Origin: a virus
Strand: one strand, 5' to 3'
IMG/VR virus record: IMGVR_UViG_3300045051_000978
Location: 62,922-126,921 of that record
Length of the DNA stretch: 64,000 nucleotides
The translations under genes were made by a program, and so were the position numbers. Shown here in pieces: positions 18,242 to 26,907 of the stretch; within the stretch, counting starts at the first letter, position 1; every line of letters begins with the position of its first letter. Under the pieces are notes generated by a model. That model made no database searches, was not told the origin of the DNA, and saw only the letters and a program-made list of their open reading frames with translations.

Positions 18242-18877
18242 ATGAAGCACATTATCCTCAGCCTCCTGATGGCCGCGGCATTCTCCGCCAACGCCTCCAA
18301 CATCACCATCGACACGCTTCCGGCGACTTCCAACGTCGGACCGTTCTCGGACACCTCCATCGCAACCTGGGGCCAGACGTTCCGCTCTCCTGGAGCTGGC
18401 ACGCTCGACCGGTTCCGGCTGTCGCTGGACATCGTCGAACCGGGCGAGTTCAAGTTCTACCTCAGCGAGTGGGCCGGCGACCGAGCCACCGGAGTCCTGC
18501 TCTACGAGAGCATCCTGCTCAGCCCTTCCGCTGGCGATTTCCTCCTCGACGTTCAGCCGAACGTGGCGCTCAAGGCCAACACCGACTACGTCGCGTTCGT
18601 AAACAATTCGGCGTTCAGGAACACCGGATTGCCCCTGAACGCCGGAATCGACACGGGTGCCAGCTACCTCGGCGGCAACCTCTATTTCAACGACAACGGC
18701 ACATCGTTTCCCGCCTTGTCCGTCTCATCCTGGATTGACGTTGGTCTCGACGCGGCTTTCCGCGCCGACATCACCGTCTCCACTGTCCCCGAATCCGGAA
18801 GCACGACGCTGTACGGTGCGATGGCCCTTGGTGTACTGGCCTGGCTACGGTTCCGTCGGAATCAGCAGCAGGTTTGA
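18242..18877 (+). CDS. VPDSG/PEP-CTERM-type exosortase substrate (secreted surface protein)
   Basis: Signal peptide; C-terminal VPESGST, hydrophobic helix, then RFRR. Confidence 0.8.
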   Translation: MKHIILSLLMAAAFSANASNITIDTLPATSNVGPFSDTSIATWGQTFRSPGAGTLDRFRLSLDIVEPGEFKFYLSEWAGDRATGVLLYESILLSPSAGDFLLDVQPNVALKANTDYVAFVNNSAFRNTGLPLNAGIDTGASYLGGNLYFNDNGTSFPALSVSSWIDVGLDAAFRADITVSTVPESGSTTLYGAMALGVLAWLRFRRNQQQV

Positions 18878-19279
18878 TGGCACCCCCTCGACCACGCCGT
18901 TCAACGCCGACATCGAGACGAACGTCAACGGCTTACTGCCGCCGGCTACGCCACTCATCAAAACCTTCTGCGCTGTCTTGGGAAGGTCCACTGAGTTTGT
19001 AGCACCACCGCTTCGCCACCAGTACAGGCGATACCCGCTGATTGAAGTGTCTACGGTTTGATCAGGCAGCAAAGGCTGCGTCCAGGAAAACACCTGAGCA
19101 CCGCGGCCCACGATGTAGACACCAGACAGGTTTGTAGCGTCCGTCACAGGGACGCTTGGAGCCGCTACCGCAGAGACCGAGATGACGCGCAACGCGCCTT
19201 TCTCGGTCTCTTTCTTTGCCGGAGCAGCCGTCTTGCACCCAACGGCCATCAGGAGCAAGACAAGCGGTAGGAAGCGCAT
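18845..19279 (-). CDS. Lipoprotein with an FN3-like segment
   Basis: Lipobox MAVGC; FSWTQP...ISGYRLYW...EGVPSN. Confidence 0.6.
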   Translation of the reverse strand: MRFLPLVLLLMAVGCKTAAPAKKETEKGALRVISVSAVAAPSVPVTDATNLSGVYIVGRGAQVFSWTQPLLPDQTVDTSISGYRLYWWRSGGATNSVDLPKTAQKVLMSGVAGGSKPLTFVSMSALNGVVEGVPSNLLLIPTEP

Positions 19280-19281
19280 GC

Positions 19282-19896
19282 TCAGTTGCGGCGCACGTTG
19301 ACGGACGCCGGGATGCGGAGGTTGAGCGCAGCGCTCTGCGCGGACTCAAGGCTGTTCGTGCCGACGGCTGAAACCTGCACGGCGTAGAGCACTCCGGGCA
19401 CGAGGGACGGCAGATCGATCACCACAGGTGACGCTGTTCCACGTGGAACGGTGAGCATCAGCACGCCGTTCGTAGACACCTTGAAACTGCCCACCGAGGT
19501 GTCGGCGTACGGAAACGTGACGCCAGCCTTACCGCGCCCACGGTTTGCTGCGGCAAGCGACACAGGAACCGCCGGAGGCTGCGGCGTTGCTACCGTCGCC
19601 GAAACTTCGTTCGAGAACTCCGACTCCAGCCCGGCCGAGTTGAACGCGGTGACTGCGAAGTAGGTGGTGATGTCGTAGAAGACGTTGGTGACTGTATACG
19701 TCGTCACCAAACCCAGCGTGACGGTGTTCGTGTAATTCCGAGAGGCCGTACCGTAGTAGACCTTGTACCCTGCCAGATCGGGCTCCGTGTTCGCGTCCCA
19801 CGCGAGACCCACCGAGGCAGCATTGATTTTCGGGCCAATGAGAATGGCCACGAAAAGCGTAAACAACAGGACAACTTTGTTGGTAATGTTCTTCAT
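19282..19896 (-). CDS. Secreted tandem FN3-domain protein
   Basis: Signal peptide; LAWDANTEPDLAGYKVYYGTASRNYT...YFAVTAFNSAGLESEFSNEV; TACTTAG at 19929-35 upstream. Confidence 0.8.
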   Translation of the reverse strand: MKNITNKVVLLFTLFVAILIGPKINAASVGLAWDANTEPDLAGYKVYYGTASRNYTNTVTLGLVTTYTVTNVFYDITTYFAVTAFNSAGLESEFSNEVSATVATPQPPAVPVSLAAANRGRGKAGVTFPYADTSVGSFKVSTNGVLMLTVPRGTASPVVIDLPSLVPGVLYAVQVSAVGTNSLESAQSAALNLRIPASVNVRRN

Positions 19897-19944
19897 GGGC
19901 AAAGTGGGCCGTGGTTTGCGGCCCTGCCCTAAGTAGAACCCAAC

Positions 19945-20199
19945 TCAGCCGTGCAGTATTTGCGGCCCCAACGTAGCGCCCATCACGCGAGGCGGCTCAG
20001 GAAGGTCAAGCGGTCTGAGCGCTATCCGCACCATCACCTGCGCATAGCTGCTGTTGAATGTGTTCTGGAGCATCTCTCCCTGAAGCGTCCAGCCCTTGGC
20101 CAGAAGGGCGTTTACCCCTGTCTCGAAGTCCTCGGCGGTTGCGGCGCGCACGATCTTCAGCTCTACGGGTTGCGGATGCAGCGGCATGTTCATGCTCAC
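19945..20199 (-). CDS. DUF1737-like small protein
   Basis: KIVRAATAEDFETGVNALLAKGWTLQG...YAQVMV. Confidence 0.55.
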   Translation of the reverse strand: MSMNMPLHPQPVELKIVRAATAEDFETGVNALLAKGWTLQGEMLQNTFNSSYAQVMVRIALRPLDLPEPPRVMGATLGPQILHG

Positions 20200-20878
20200 G
20201 TAGAACCGACTTGGCGCGAATCTTCCGCCGAAGCTTGTCCAAAATCCGACCGTGCATCTGGCATACGGCAGCCAGCGTTACCCCGAAGTGGTTGGCGATA
20301 GCCTCGAACGTCGAATCGTGCATGTAGCGCTGAATCAAGACGTAGCGCTCGCGCTCAGAAAGGTCGTCGAGATAAGGAGCCAGGGACCGAAGCTCGTCGC
20401 TGAGTTCGACGGCAGCGCTGGGCGTCGGCCGGTCGTCTGGCAACACCTCTTCCGGGGCGACTCCGTGGCAATAGGTGTCGATCAGCTTGAACAGCTCGAC
20501 TTCAGACTCCGGCAGGCTGAGCAGCTCGCCGATCACGTCATGCGCGACATCCGCGCCGCGCAGCTGCTGAATCGTCTGCCTGTGCTCGTCGTACCGGTTG
20601 AAGCGCTCCAGCTCAGATCGCGTGAAGAAGCTCTGCCGGCGAAGCTCGTCGTAGATCGCGCCTCGAATTCTGAGGGCCGCGTACGCCTTGAAAGTTGCTG
20701 GATTACCTCCAACGCCTCGAACCGCCGCCTTCCACAGCCCTACGAGCCCTGCCGAGCGTAGCGCCTCAATGTCCAGCGACCCTACCTGGCTGAGGCCCGA
20801 GATCACGTTCTGAGTGACCCCAAGCGCGTACCTGTAGTATTCCTCGAATAGGCGCTCAGCCTCGACGTTCGGCTGCAC
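20006..20878 (-). CDS. Sigma70-family sigma factor, FliA/WhiG-like
   Basis: Region 2 LRSAGLVGLWKAA...FKAYAALRIRGAIYDELR; region 4 LSERERYVLIQRY...TFEAIANHFGVTLAAVCQMHGRILDKLR. Confidence 0.85.
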   Translation of the reverse strand: MQPNVEAERLFEEYYRYALGVTQNVISGLSQVGSLDIEALRSAGLVGLWKAAVRGVGGNPATFKAYAALRIRGAIYDELRRQSFFTRSELERFNRYDEHRQTIQQLRGADVAHDVIGELLSLPESEVELFKLIDTYCHGVAPEEVLPDDRPTPSAAVELSDELRSLAPYLDDLSERERYVLIQRYMHDSTFEAIANHFGVTLAAVCQMHGRILDKLRRKIRAKSVLREHEHAAASATRRAEDRARRNRRGLRDRGKRPSGQGLDASGRDAPEHIQQQLCAGDGADSAQTA

Positions 20879-20886
20879 GCCATAAC

Positions 20887-22236
20887 CTACGCATGGGGAT
20901 CGGCCAAAACGCCAGTGGTAAACGTCTTCTCAACGCTGGTGCGCCCTTCGGAGTAGAGCGCCAGCGGAATGCGAAGCCCGACCGAGAACAGGTTCGCAAG
21001 GTCGTCCGTTTTGAGATTTTCGACGCGGCAGGACGTGATCGGACGCACACGTTCCAGCTGCGCAGACTGACGTTTACGCGCTTCCAGGTCGTCAGCGTCG
21101 AGCGGCTTGAGGGCGAACGGCTGCGAACTGCGAAGGCCCTCGGTAAGGCGAAAATCACCCACGCGAGCAATCTGGTCGAGGCAGGTCACTGCCAGCGCGT
21201 CGAGCCCGCCGTTTGTCTTGGCGACATCGATGCTGTACCGGAGGATGTCCAGGTTCCACCAGCCGCAGCGAAGCTTGCTCTGCCACGGATTCTCGGGGTT
21301 GTACTCGTCCGGCAGCGCCTGCGTAAGCAGATCATCCTGACCTACAAAAGGCCCGGCTCCGTGGCGTGTGGCGTAGGCGCGGATGACTCCGATGACCGTC
21401 CGTGGGCACCTGACCTCAGCTTCGTCCAGGACGACGTGCGCGTTGCGCGCCGTGGTGGTGGACCAAGTCGTGTACGGATGGAATCCGTAATTCTCGTCGA
21501 GGAGAACGCCCTGGGCACCCTCCATGATCGCCGTATCGTACCGGTTGAGCAGCTCCGCAACCTCCATCGGATCGTTCAGGATCGTGACCTTCTGGCCCCA
21601 GGCCACGTAGCGCTGGACCAGGTCTGAAACAGGCACGTCCATGGTGCTCAACTCCTTGACAACGATCTTGTTGGTCAGATCGAGCGGAAAGCGCCCCACA
21701 GTCTGCCGCATCACGGTTCGCAGGTGCTGAAGCTTGGTTTCAAGCAACTCAGGCTGAAGAACATCTTCGATCACCGGAGCCATGGTGAGCGCCGCGGTGG
21801 CGTAGGCGACCGTCTCGCCGATGCCCATACCGCAGCTGCCGTGCCGGTTGTCGCCGCGGGCCAGCTCGCGCAGCCGGTTGGCCATCCGGTGGTAGGGCGT
21901 GGTCATCAGGCACCGGCCGTCCACGTACATGCGGTTGAACGCTCCGGTGACGCCTTGCTTCACGAGGTGAGCTTCCTCGTGGACCATCGCCAGCGGGTTG
22001 ACCAGACACGGCCCGGCCAGGAGCGTCCGGCACCCTGGAACAAACGTCCCTGAGCCGAACTGCGCGAAGCAGTGGTGCTTCCCTGAGATCGCATCGACGA
22101 CGTTATGGCCGGCTTGGGCTCCTCCGTTGAAACGGACGACCAGCTCGGCTCCGTACCGGCGCACCAGGGCATCCACCACGGTGCCCTTGCCGGAGTCTCC
22201 GTATCCCAGGTCAACGACGACGAACGCGTTTTTCAC
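20887..22236 (-). CDS. Adenylosuccinate synthetase-like protein (divergent PurA family)
   Basis: DLGYGDSGKG, RFNGGAQAGHNV, HGSCGMGIGET, MEGAQGVLLD, TRHGAGPF. Confidence 0.85.
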   Translation of the reverse strand: MKNAFVVVDLGYGDSGKGTVVDALVRRYGAELVVRFNGGAQAGHNVVDAISGKHHCFAQFGSGTFVPGCRTLLAGPCLVNPLAMVHEEAHLVKQGVTGAFNRMYVDGRCLMTTPYHRMANRLRELARGDNRHGSCGMGIGETVAYATAALTMAPVIEDVLQPELLETKLQHLRTVMRQTVGRFPLDLTNKIVVKELSTMDVPVSDLVQRYVAWGQKVTILNDPMEVAELLNRYDTAIMEGAQGVLLDENYGFHPYTTWSTTTARNAHVVLDEAEVRCPRTVIGVIRAYATRHGAGPFVGQDDLLTQALPDEYNPENPWQSKLRCGWWNLDILRYSIDVAKTNGGLDALAVTCLDQIARVGDFRLTEGLRSSQPFALKPLDADDLEARKRQSAQLERVRPITSCRVENLKTDDLANLFSVGLRIPLALYSEGRTSVEKTFTTGVLADPHA

Positions 22237-22389
22237 GGTAGCTCACTCGATCAGGTTCAAAGTTCAACTCACGCCGCGTCATGTTGCGCACTTCGGCGTC
22301 CGCATGCAAAATCGATTCCGCAGTCACCTCGCCCTCCATCTTCACCTTGACGCCTCCGGATTTGCCGGTGGCGCGGAAGGCGTATCGTT

Positions 22390-22749
22390 TCAAAACGGGT
22401 GCAGCTCCATCTCCATCTCGTCGATCTGTTGGCATAGGTCAAAGTAGCGTTCGGTCCATTTCAGATCACCGCGTTTACACCCGAGCGAGTTCACCTCGCA
22501 GGTGTGTCGAGTGCAGATCGGTCGAAGATGAGGGAGCACCGTACACCCGGCCGGTCCCATGAACGGCAGCCGAGGATGACCTGTTCGCGCCAGGGTGACG
22601 CCCCACTTCTCCTGCGCCCAGCGCTCCGCTTCACGGCAGTATTCGGCACCGCAGCACGAGTTGGGTACTCGACACGCAGCGCACTCCGGCCGCGTCAGGT
22701 CCGACAGCTGGCGGTACAGCTCAACCAGCTGCTCTTCGCCAGGGCTCAT
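22390..22749 (-). CDS. Cys-rich YkgJ-like metal-binding protein
   Basis: CAAC...SCC...C...GCTVLPHLRPICTRHTC. Confidence 0.5.
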   Translation of the reverse strand: MSPGEEQLVELYRQLSDLTRPECAACRVPNSCCGAEYCREAERWAQEKWGVTLARTGHPRLPFMGPAGCTVLPHLRPICTRHTCEVNSLGCKRGDLKWTERYFDLCQQIDEMEMELHPF

Positions 22750-23051
22750 ACCGACTTGATGAAGCTGGAAATATCCCTGACCAACCGCAATTGATCCTCG
22801 GGGAATTTTTCCAAGGTGCGTTCATCGGCAACCTCCAGGTCCTTCTCGCCGTATACCAAAATCGCGCCGCAACGACCGCAGACCGACAGGTCACCCGGCT
22901 TAGGTGAAACCTTGTCAGCATCAGTGACCGCTGTCGCGCCGTCCATCTTGACCAAGCACACCGGGCACTCGTACCACTTTGTTTTCACGGAGTGCTCCGC
23001 GACAACGATGACGCGCTTTTCAGGGCGCATCGGTCCAGTGGGGTCTCTCAT
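22746..23051 (-). CDS. Zn-ribbon protein
   Basis: CPVC...PKPGDLSVCGRCG. Confidence 0.55.
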   Translation of the reverse strand: MRDPTGPMRPEKRVIVVAEHSVKTKWYECPVCLVKMDGATAVTDADKVSPKPGDLSVCGRCGAILVYGEKDLEVADERTLEKFPEDQLRLVRDISSFIKSV

Positions 23052-23090
23052 TGTTTACAGTTTACGCATCAGTGCCTTCAGTTTCAATAC

Positions 23091-23119
23091 AAAACGGCCC
23101 CAGGTTTCCCTGGGGCCGT
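23091..23119 (-). terminator. Intrinsic terminator after the vWA gene
   Basis: Minus strand ACGGCCCCAGG-gaaa-CCTGGGGCCGT-TTT. Confidence 0.75.
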
Positions 23120-23171
23120 AGTGCTGAACAAGCCAACCGACCAAGCTGCCTGGAAGCCGACCAGGCAAAGA

Positions 23172-24179
23172 CTACAACCGCGGCGTGCGCTTGCCGGCGG
23201 TCTCGACCAGGGTTCCGCCCGTGACCTTGGCACCCTTCACCACGCTCTTGGTGCCTGCATACGTCGCCAGCGCCGTCGAAGCAGCAGCGACCGCCGCGGC
23301 CGACAGGCCGACATCCTTCAGCGCCGTGCCGACCTCGTCCAGCTCGTAGCCCTCGCAGAGCCCGATGGTCGTCGTGATGGTCTCCACAACCGTACCGGCA
23401 TCAGCCATCTTGATCAGGTTCTGGCCGAACATCTCCTTCAACGGCTCGACCACTTTGGGATCATTGAAATGGCTCGTGCCTCCTGGCAGCAGCCAGAACA
23501 CCTCGAAGCGCTCGCGCAGCTCCGCCAGGATGGACGGCGTGGGAATCGGTTCGCCGATGTCGTCGCCGATGACCTTCTTCACCTCGGCAGGGCTGACCTG
23601 CTTGTACGGCAACTCGTCACCAAGGAAAAAGGCGTAGCCCTTCTTGCCCCGCTTGTTGACGCTGTCCAGATCGGTGTGCCGCGCCAGGAAGTACATGCCC
23701 AGCTCGTAGGACTCCGTGTGCTGCCCGCCGCCGTTGCCCTCCAGGAAGATGTTGGTCAACGCCGCATCCATCTCGTTGCCGGCCTCGAACTGCCCGACCT
23801 GGAGGGGCACCTCGTCGCTCTTCGCGTCGCCGATGGCACCGAAGAGAATGTGCGGATGCTCGATGAAGCCGCGCTTCACCAGGGCAGCCATCAGCTTGCC
23901 GAGTTTTTCGACGAAAACACGCGGCGTGTTCGCCATGGACCCGGTCACGTCGAACATGATCGCGACCGGGATCGAGTTGGGATGAACGTCACTGTCGAAC
24001 GACTCCCGAATGACCTTGCCTGCCTTGTTCTTGCGTGACGGATCGAGGGTTTCGTGCAAGGAAGACGCTGCCGTGCCTGCCCTGACGGCAGCAGTATGTG
24101 CGAACACATCCGCTCCGGTTGATTTCGCCGTCGTGAGACGGGCCGAATAGACTGCATCACTGTAGCTGGAACCACCCAT
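23172..24179 (-). CDS. vWA (MIDAS) domain protein
   Basis: MGGSSYS start; IMFDVTGSM; LEGNGGGQHTESYEL; FFLGDE; strong AAGGAG RBS. Confidence 0.8.
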   Translation of the reverse strand: MGGSSYSDAVYSARLTTAKSTGADVFAHTAAVRAGTAASSLHETLDPSRKNKAGKVIRESFDSDVHPNSIPVAIMFDVTGSMANTPRVFVEKLGKLMAALVKRGFIEHPHILFGAIGDAKSDEVPLQVGQFEAGNEMDAALTNIFLEGNGGGQHTESYELGMYFLARHTDLDSVNKRGKKGYAFFLGDELPYKQVSPAEVKKVIGDDIGEPIPTPSILAELRERFEVFWLLPGGTSHFNDPKVVEPLKEMFGQNLIKMADAGTVVETITTTIGLCEGYELDEVGTALKDVGLSAAAVAAASTALATYAGTKSVVKGAKVTGGTLVETAGKRTPRL

Positions 24180-24208
24180 GGGTATCTCCTCTTCTGGTTG
24201 TTGACGGT

Positions 24209-24757
24209 TTACTGACGAGACTGAAAAATCGTAGACAGCGTAAGCGCGCCATCAGGGATGGGAGGCAGGTTGGGAGGCTCAGGACGCTCGGTCTCCAGAT
24301 TGGCAGCAGCGCGTTCCTCGTCCCGCTTCTGATCCTCAAGCGCCCGGTTGTTCTGGTACGCCCAATGACCTGGCACGTACTCGACGAAATGAACGTTCGG
24401 GCCAGAAAAAGGAAACCGGTCAGGTCCGCTACCGCCCAGGACCATCAGCTGACCCTCGGCTGCGCGCTTCAGCTGCACCTCGGCCAGAAGAGCATCGACA
24501 GCCCCCGGCGGCACCATGCGGCTGTCGATGCAGGCCACGCCAAAAGGCAGGTCCTTGAACTCCATCGCGAAGAACTCCAGGAACTGGTTGCGCGGAGTCT
24601 GCGGCCTGAAGTAGCGCCATTCGAGCGCTGTCACGAAGTGCAAGAAACCGGCACGGAGAGCCATGCCGACGTAGCACTGAATGTGTGGGTTTTGCTGAAC
24701 AGCGCGCACCGCTGGCATCAGCGGGCTTTCAATCACGCCGGACATGTCTTTGAACAT
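24209..24757 (-). CDS. Hypothetical protein
   Basis: ORF between the kinase and vWA genes. Confidence 0.5.
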   Translation of the reverse strand: MFKDMSGVIESPLMPAVRAVQQNPHIQCYVGMALRAGFLHFVTALEWRYFRPQTPRNQFLEFFAMEFKDLPFGVACIDSRMVPPGAVDALLAEVQLKRAAEGQLMVLGGSGPDRFPFSGPNVHFVEYVPGHWAYQNNRALEDQKRDEERAAANLETERPEPPNLPPIPDGALTLSTIFQSRQ

Positions 24758-24761
24758 AGAT

Positions 24762-25832
24762 TTACAGTGTGAAGTGCCGAAACGAAGGTTTGCCGAAAGC
24801 GTTCCGAAGAACCGTGTCAAAATCGGTATACAGTTCAATGGCCTCCTGCGTCCGGCCGCTGTAGCCGAGCAGGCAGGCGCGCAGCACCGAAGCCATCGCC
24901 CTGGGCGCGTGGTCGAGCCCGCCGATCAGCTGCTCGAAGCACTTCACCGCCATGTACAGGTCGAGCCCATAGCTCGCCGGCATCTTCTTGCGCACGTCCT
25001 CCGGGTAGTAGAGTGCGCTGTCCTCGGCCATCGCCTTGGGCTTGTCGCCCTTCTTCACGGCATAGGAGAAGTCGAGAAGGATGCCGTTGTGCGCTCCCTT
25101 CTCGGTCTTGTCCAGGAGGCAGACCAAAACGTGCTTCGGCACAACAGCCGTGTGCACGTACCCGGCCCCATGCACGGCCATGAGCGCACCGACGAGCCGG
25201 CGGAACATCCAGGCCGCGTCCGGCACAGCGATGCCGCACGGGTGTCGCTCGATGATCTCGGCCAGAGTGTGGTAGCCCGCACCCGGGTCTTTCAGGACGT
25301 TGACGCGCCGACCGTCCACATCGAACTGGTCAACGAAATGTGGCAGGTGAAACTCGCAGAGCTGCTCGGTCTTCGCTGCCGCGGCAGCTTCACGTATGGC
25401 TTTCAGCGCAGCGCGCTCGTTGTCGAGCAGATCGTTGTCACCTGGGTGACGCGCCGCTTTGAATATCAGGGGCGCGTCCTTGGCGCTGGACGCGTAACCG
25501 CTGTAGACGTTCGAGATGTCCCCAGGCGGGCGCACGCGCACGAGTTTGTACTCGGCCTTCTTGGTCGCGACGGTGATGTTGACGACATCGCGCTGTCCGA
25601 AGGTACCGGCAGCGATCTTGTCGTCTGCCTCCACTTTGAAGTCGTCGAGCAGCTTGAAGCACTCCTCCGCGATCTTCTTTTCGCGCTTGCCGCTGTACAG
25701 GTCAGGATGAACCACCTTGGCCAGCTCGCGATACCGCTTCTTAACGTCTTCGTCCGGTTTTCCGTTTACAGGAAACACGTCCTCGCAGTAGCGAGCTTCA
25801 GTCAAGATTGTCCTGGCCTCAGTGAGCGTCAT
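24762..25832 (-). CDS. J-domain plus protein-kinase-like fusion
   Basis: VKKRYRELAKVVHPD (J-domain HPD); LIFKAAR, LLDNE, GYVHTAVVPKHVLV, ILLDFSYA. Confidence 0.8.
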   Translation of the reverse strand: MTLTEARTILTEARYCEDVFPVNGKPDEDVKKRYRELAKVVHPDLYSGKREKKIAEECFKLLDDFKVEADDKIAAGTFGQRDVVNITVATKKAEYKLVRVRPPGDISNVYSGYASSAKDAPLIFKAARHPGDNDLLDNERAALKAIREAAAAAKTEQLCEFHLPHFVDQFDVDGRRVNVLKDPGAGYHTLAEIIERHPCGIAVPDAAWMFRRLVGALMAVHGAGYVHTAVVPKHVLVCLLDKTEKGAHNGILLDFSYAVKKGDKPKAMAEDSALYYPEDVRKKMPASYGLDLYMAVKCFEQLIGGLDHAPRAMASVLRACLLGYSGRTQEAIELYTDFDTVLRNAFGKPSFRHFTL

Positions 25833-25981
25833 TGCGTGAGTAGCGAATAGTTGACCGGCGGCATTGGAATCACGTTGTTGGTGCTCGGCGGCGCGAGCGG
25901 AGGCGCAGGAACGGGCGCAGGCTCCGGAGTGCGGCAAGCGGTGAGGACGACGAGACCAAGGAGAGCAAGAGCTGCTTTCAT
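25829..25981 (-). CDS. 50-aa Pro-rich lipoprotein, not in the ORF track
   Basis: MKAALALLGLVVLTAC-RTPEPAPVPAPP...; ATGA-coupled at both ends. Confidence 0.65.
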   Translation of the reverse strand: MKAALALLGLVVLTACRTPEPAPVPAPPLAPPSTNNVIPMPPVNYSLLTQ

Positions 25982-26463
25982 AGGCGGAAGAGCATGCAGG
26001 ATTGGATTTCGGTTTTCGACGGCCGAAGGATACGACCGTTCTGTGGTTCCATGAAACCGATTTCCAAAGTGCCGCCTTGGTGCAGCGTGTGAAAAAACGC
26101 GTTGACCGCGTGCGGCCCCTGCGCAGGCGTAAACCAGAATTCACCGAACGCCAAACCGGCCGCAGGCTTCACCGGTCCCTTGCCCGGCTGGCGGGACTCC
26201 TGGATGGTGCGATTGTTCAGGAGCTGCGCGTAGCCGGCGCACATGCGGGAGAAGTCGTCACAGTCGTTGGCGTCCGCCTGATACTGGCCGATGCCGAGAA
26301 CCTGCATGGTCTGCAACCACGCGTCCGAGAACGTGGACTCAACCCACGGAAGCGACGGCAGAAGGTAGGTCTCGTCCGAAAACAGCAGCGCGTTTGCGCT
26401 GATGCCACAGGCAACAGCAGCACGGACGAGTTCGTGAGACTGGGCTTGAGTGAAGTAGCTCAT
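25978..26463 (-). CDS. Papain/transglutaminase-like protein (agglutinin C-terminal-like)
   Basis: YQADANDCDDFS...FGEFW...PHAVNAF...FMEPQ. Confidence 0.6.
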   Translation of the reverse strand: MSYFTQAQSHELVRAAVACGISANALLFSDETYLLPSLPWVESTFSDAWLQTMQVLGIGQYQADANDCDDFSRMCAGYAQLLNNRTIQESRQPGKGPVKPAAGLAFGEFWFTPAQGPHAVNAFFHTLHQGGTLEIGFMEPQNGRILRPSKTEIQSCMLFRL

Positions 26464-26870
26464 GCTGGGGAGAACTCCATTCGAGTGTAGTCCGCAAAGC
26501 GCTTTCCGGATTTGCGGTGCGCGTTGATGGCGACGACTTCACGCAGACCGGCGCTCGTGAGGCTGACAATCGGATGAATACCTGTGCCACCGACACTGAC
26601 GTAGCCTGCCTTCTCCAGGTCATCCAGACAGTCCCAGTCATCGTGCCCGGATTCGGTTCCGTTTTTCAGGCGGGTGGAGTACACCTCCCGCCAAGTCAAA
26701 AGCGCCGCGTGCCGATCCGTGCGCAAACCTGGATGCCGACCCACATTGCAGCGCAAGCGGCTGCGGTCTACTTCCGCGTGCTCACCAAGAAGGTTTGCGC
26801 AAGCTGCGCCGACGTAAGCCAGCAAACTCCAATGGTCCTGGCCAAATTCGTCAGGCGGAATCGTACGCAC
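26460..26870 (-). CDS. Hypothetical protein, probably leaderless
   Basis: FGQDHWSLLAY...HDDWDCLDDLEKAG; GTG 6 nt after the -10 element. Confidence 0.6.
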   Translation of the reverse strand: MRTIPPDEFGQDHWSLLAYVGAACANLLGEHAEVDRSRLRCNVGRHPGLRTDRHAALLTWREVYSTRLKNGTESGHDDWDCLDDLEKAGYVSVGGTGIHPIVSLTSAGLREVVAINAHRKSGKRFADYTRMEFSPA

Positions 26871-26876
26871 AGTAAA

Positions 26877-26905
26877 ACCGTATACAAACAGGCAACGTGA
26901 GTCAA
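26877..26905 (-). promoter_or_regulatory. Sigma70-like promoter, GTATAC class
   Basis: TTGACT-N17-TACGGT. Confidence 0.55.
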
Positions 26906-26907
26906 CC

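Noticed and set aside
20887-22236. PurZ (2-aminoadenine, Z-genome) synthetase
   Set aside because: The N-terminal motif is GDSGKG with the PurA-type Asp, whereas PurZ has Ser at that position (GSxGKG). No datZ-like HD phosphohydrolase is visible nearby.
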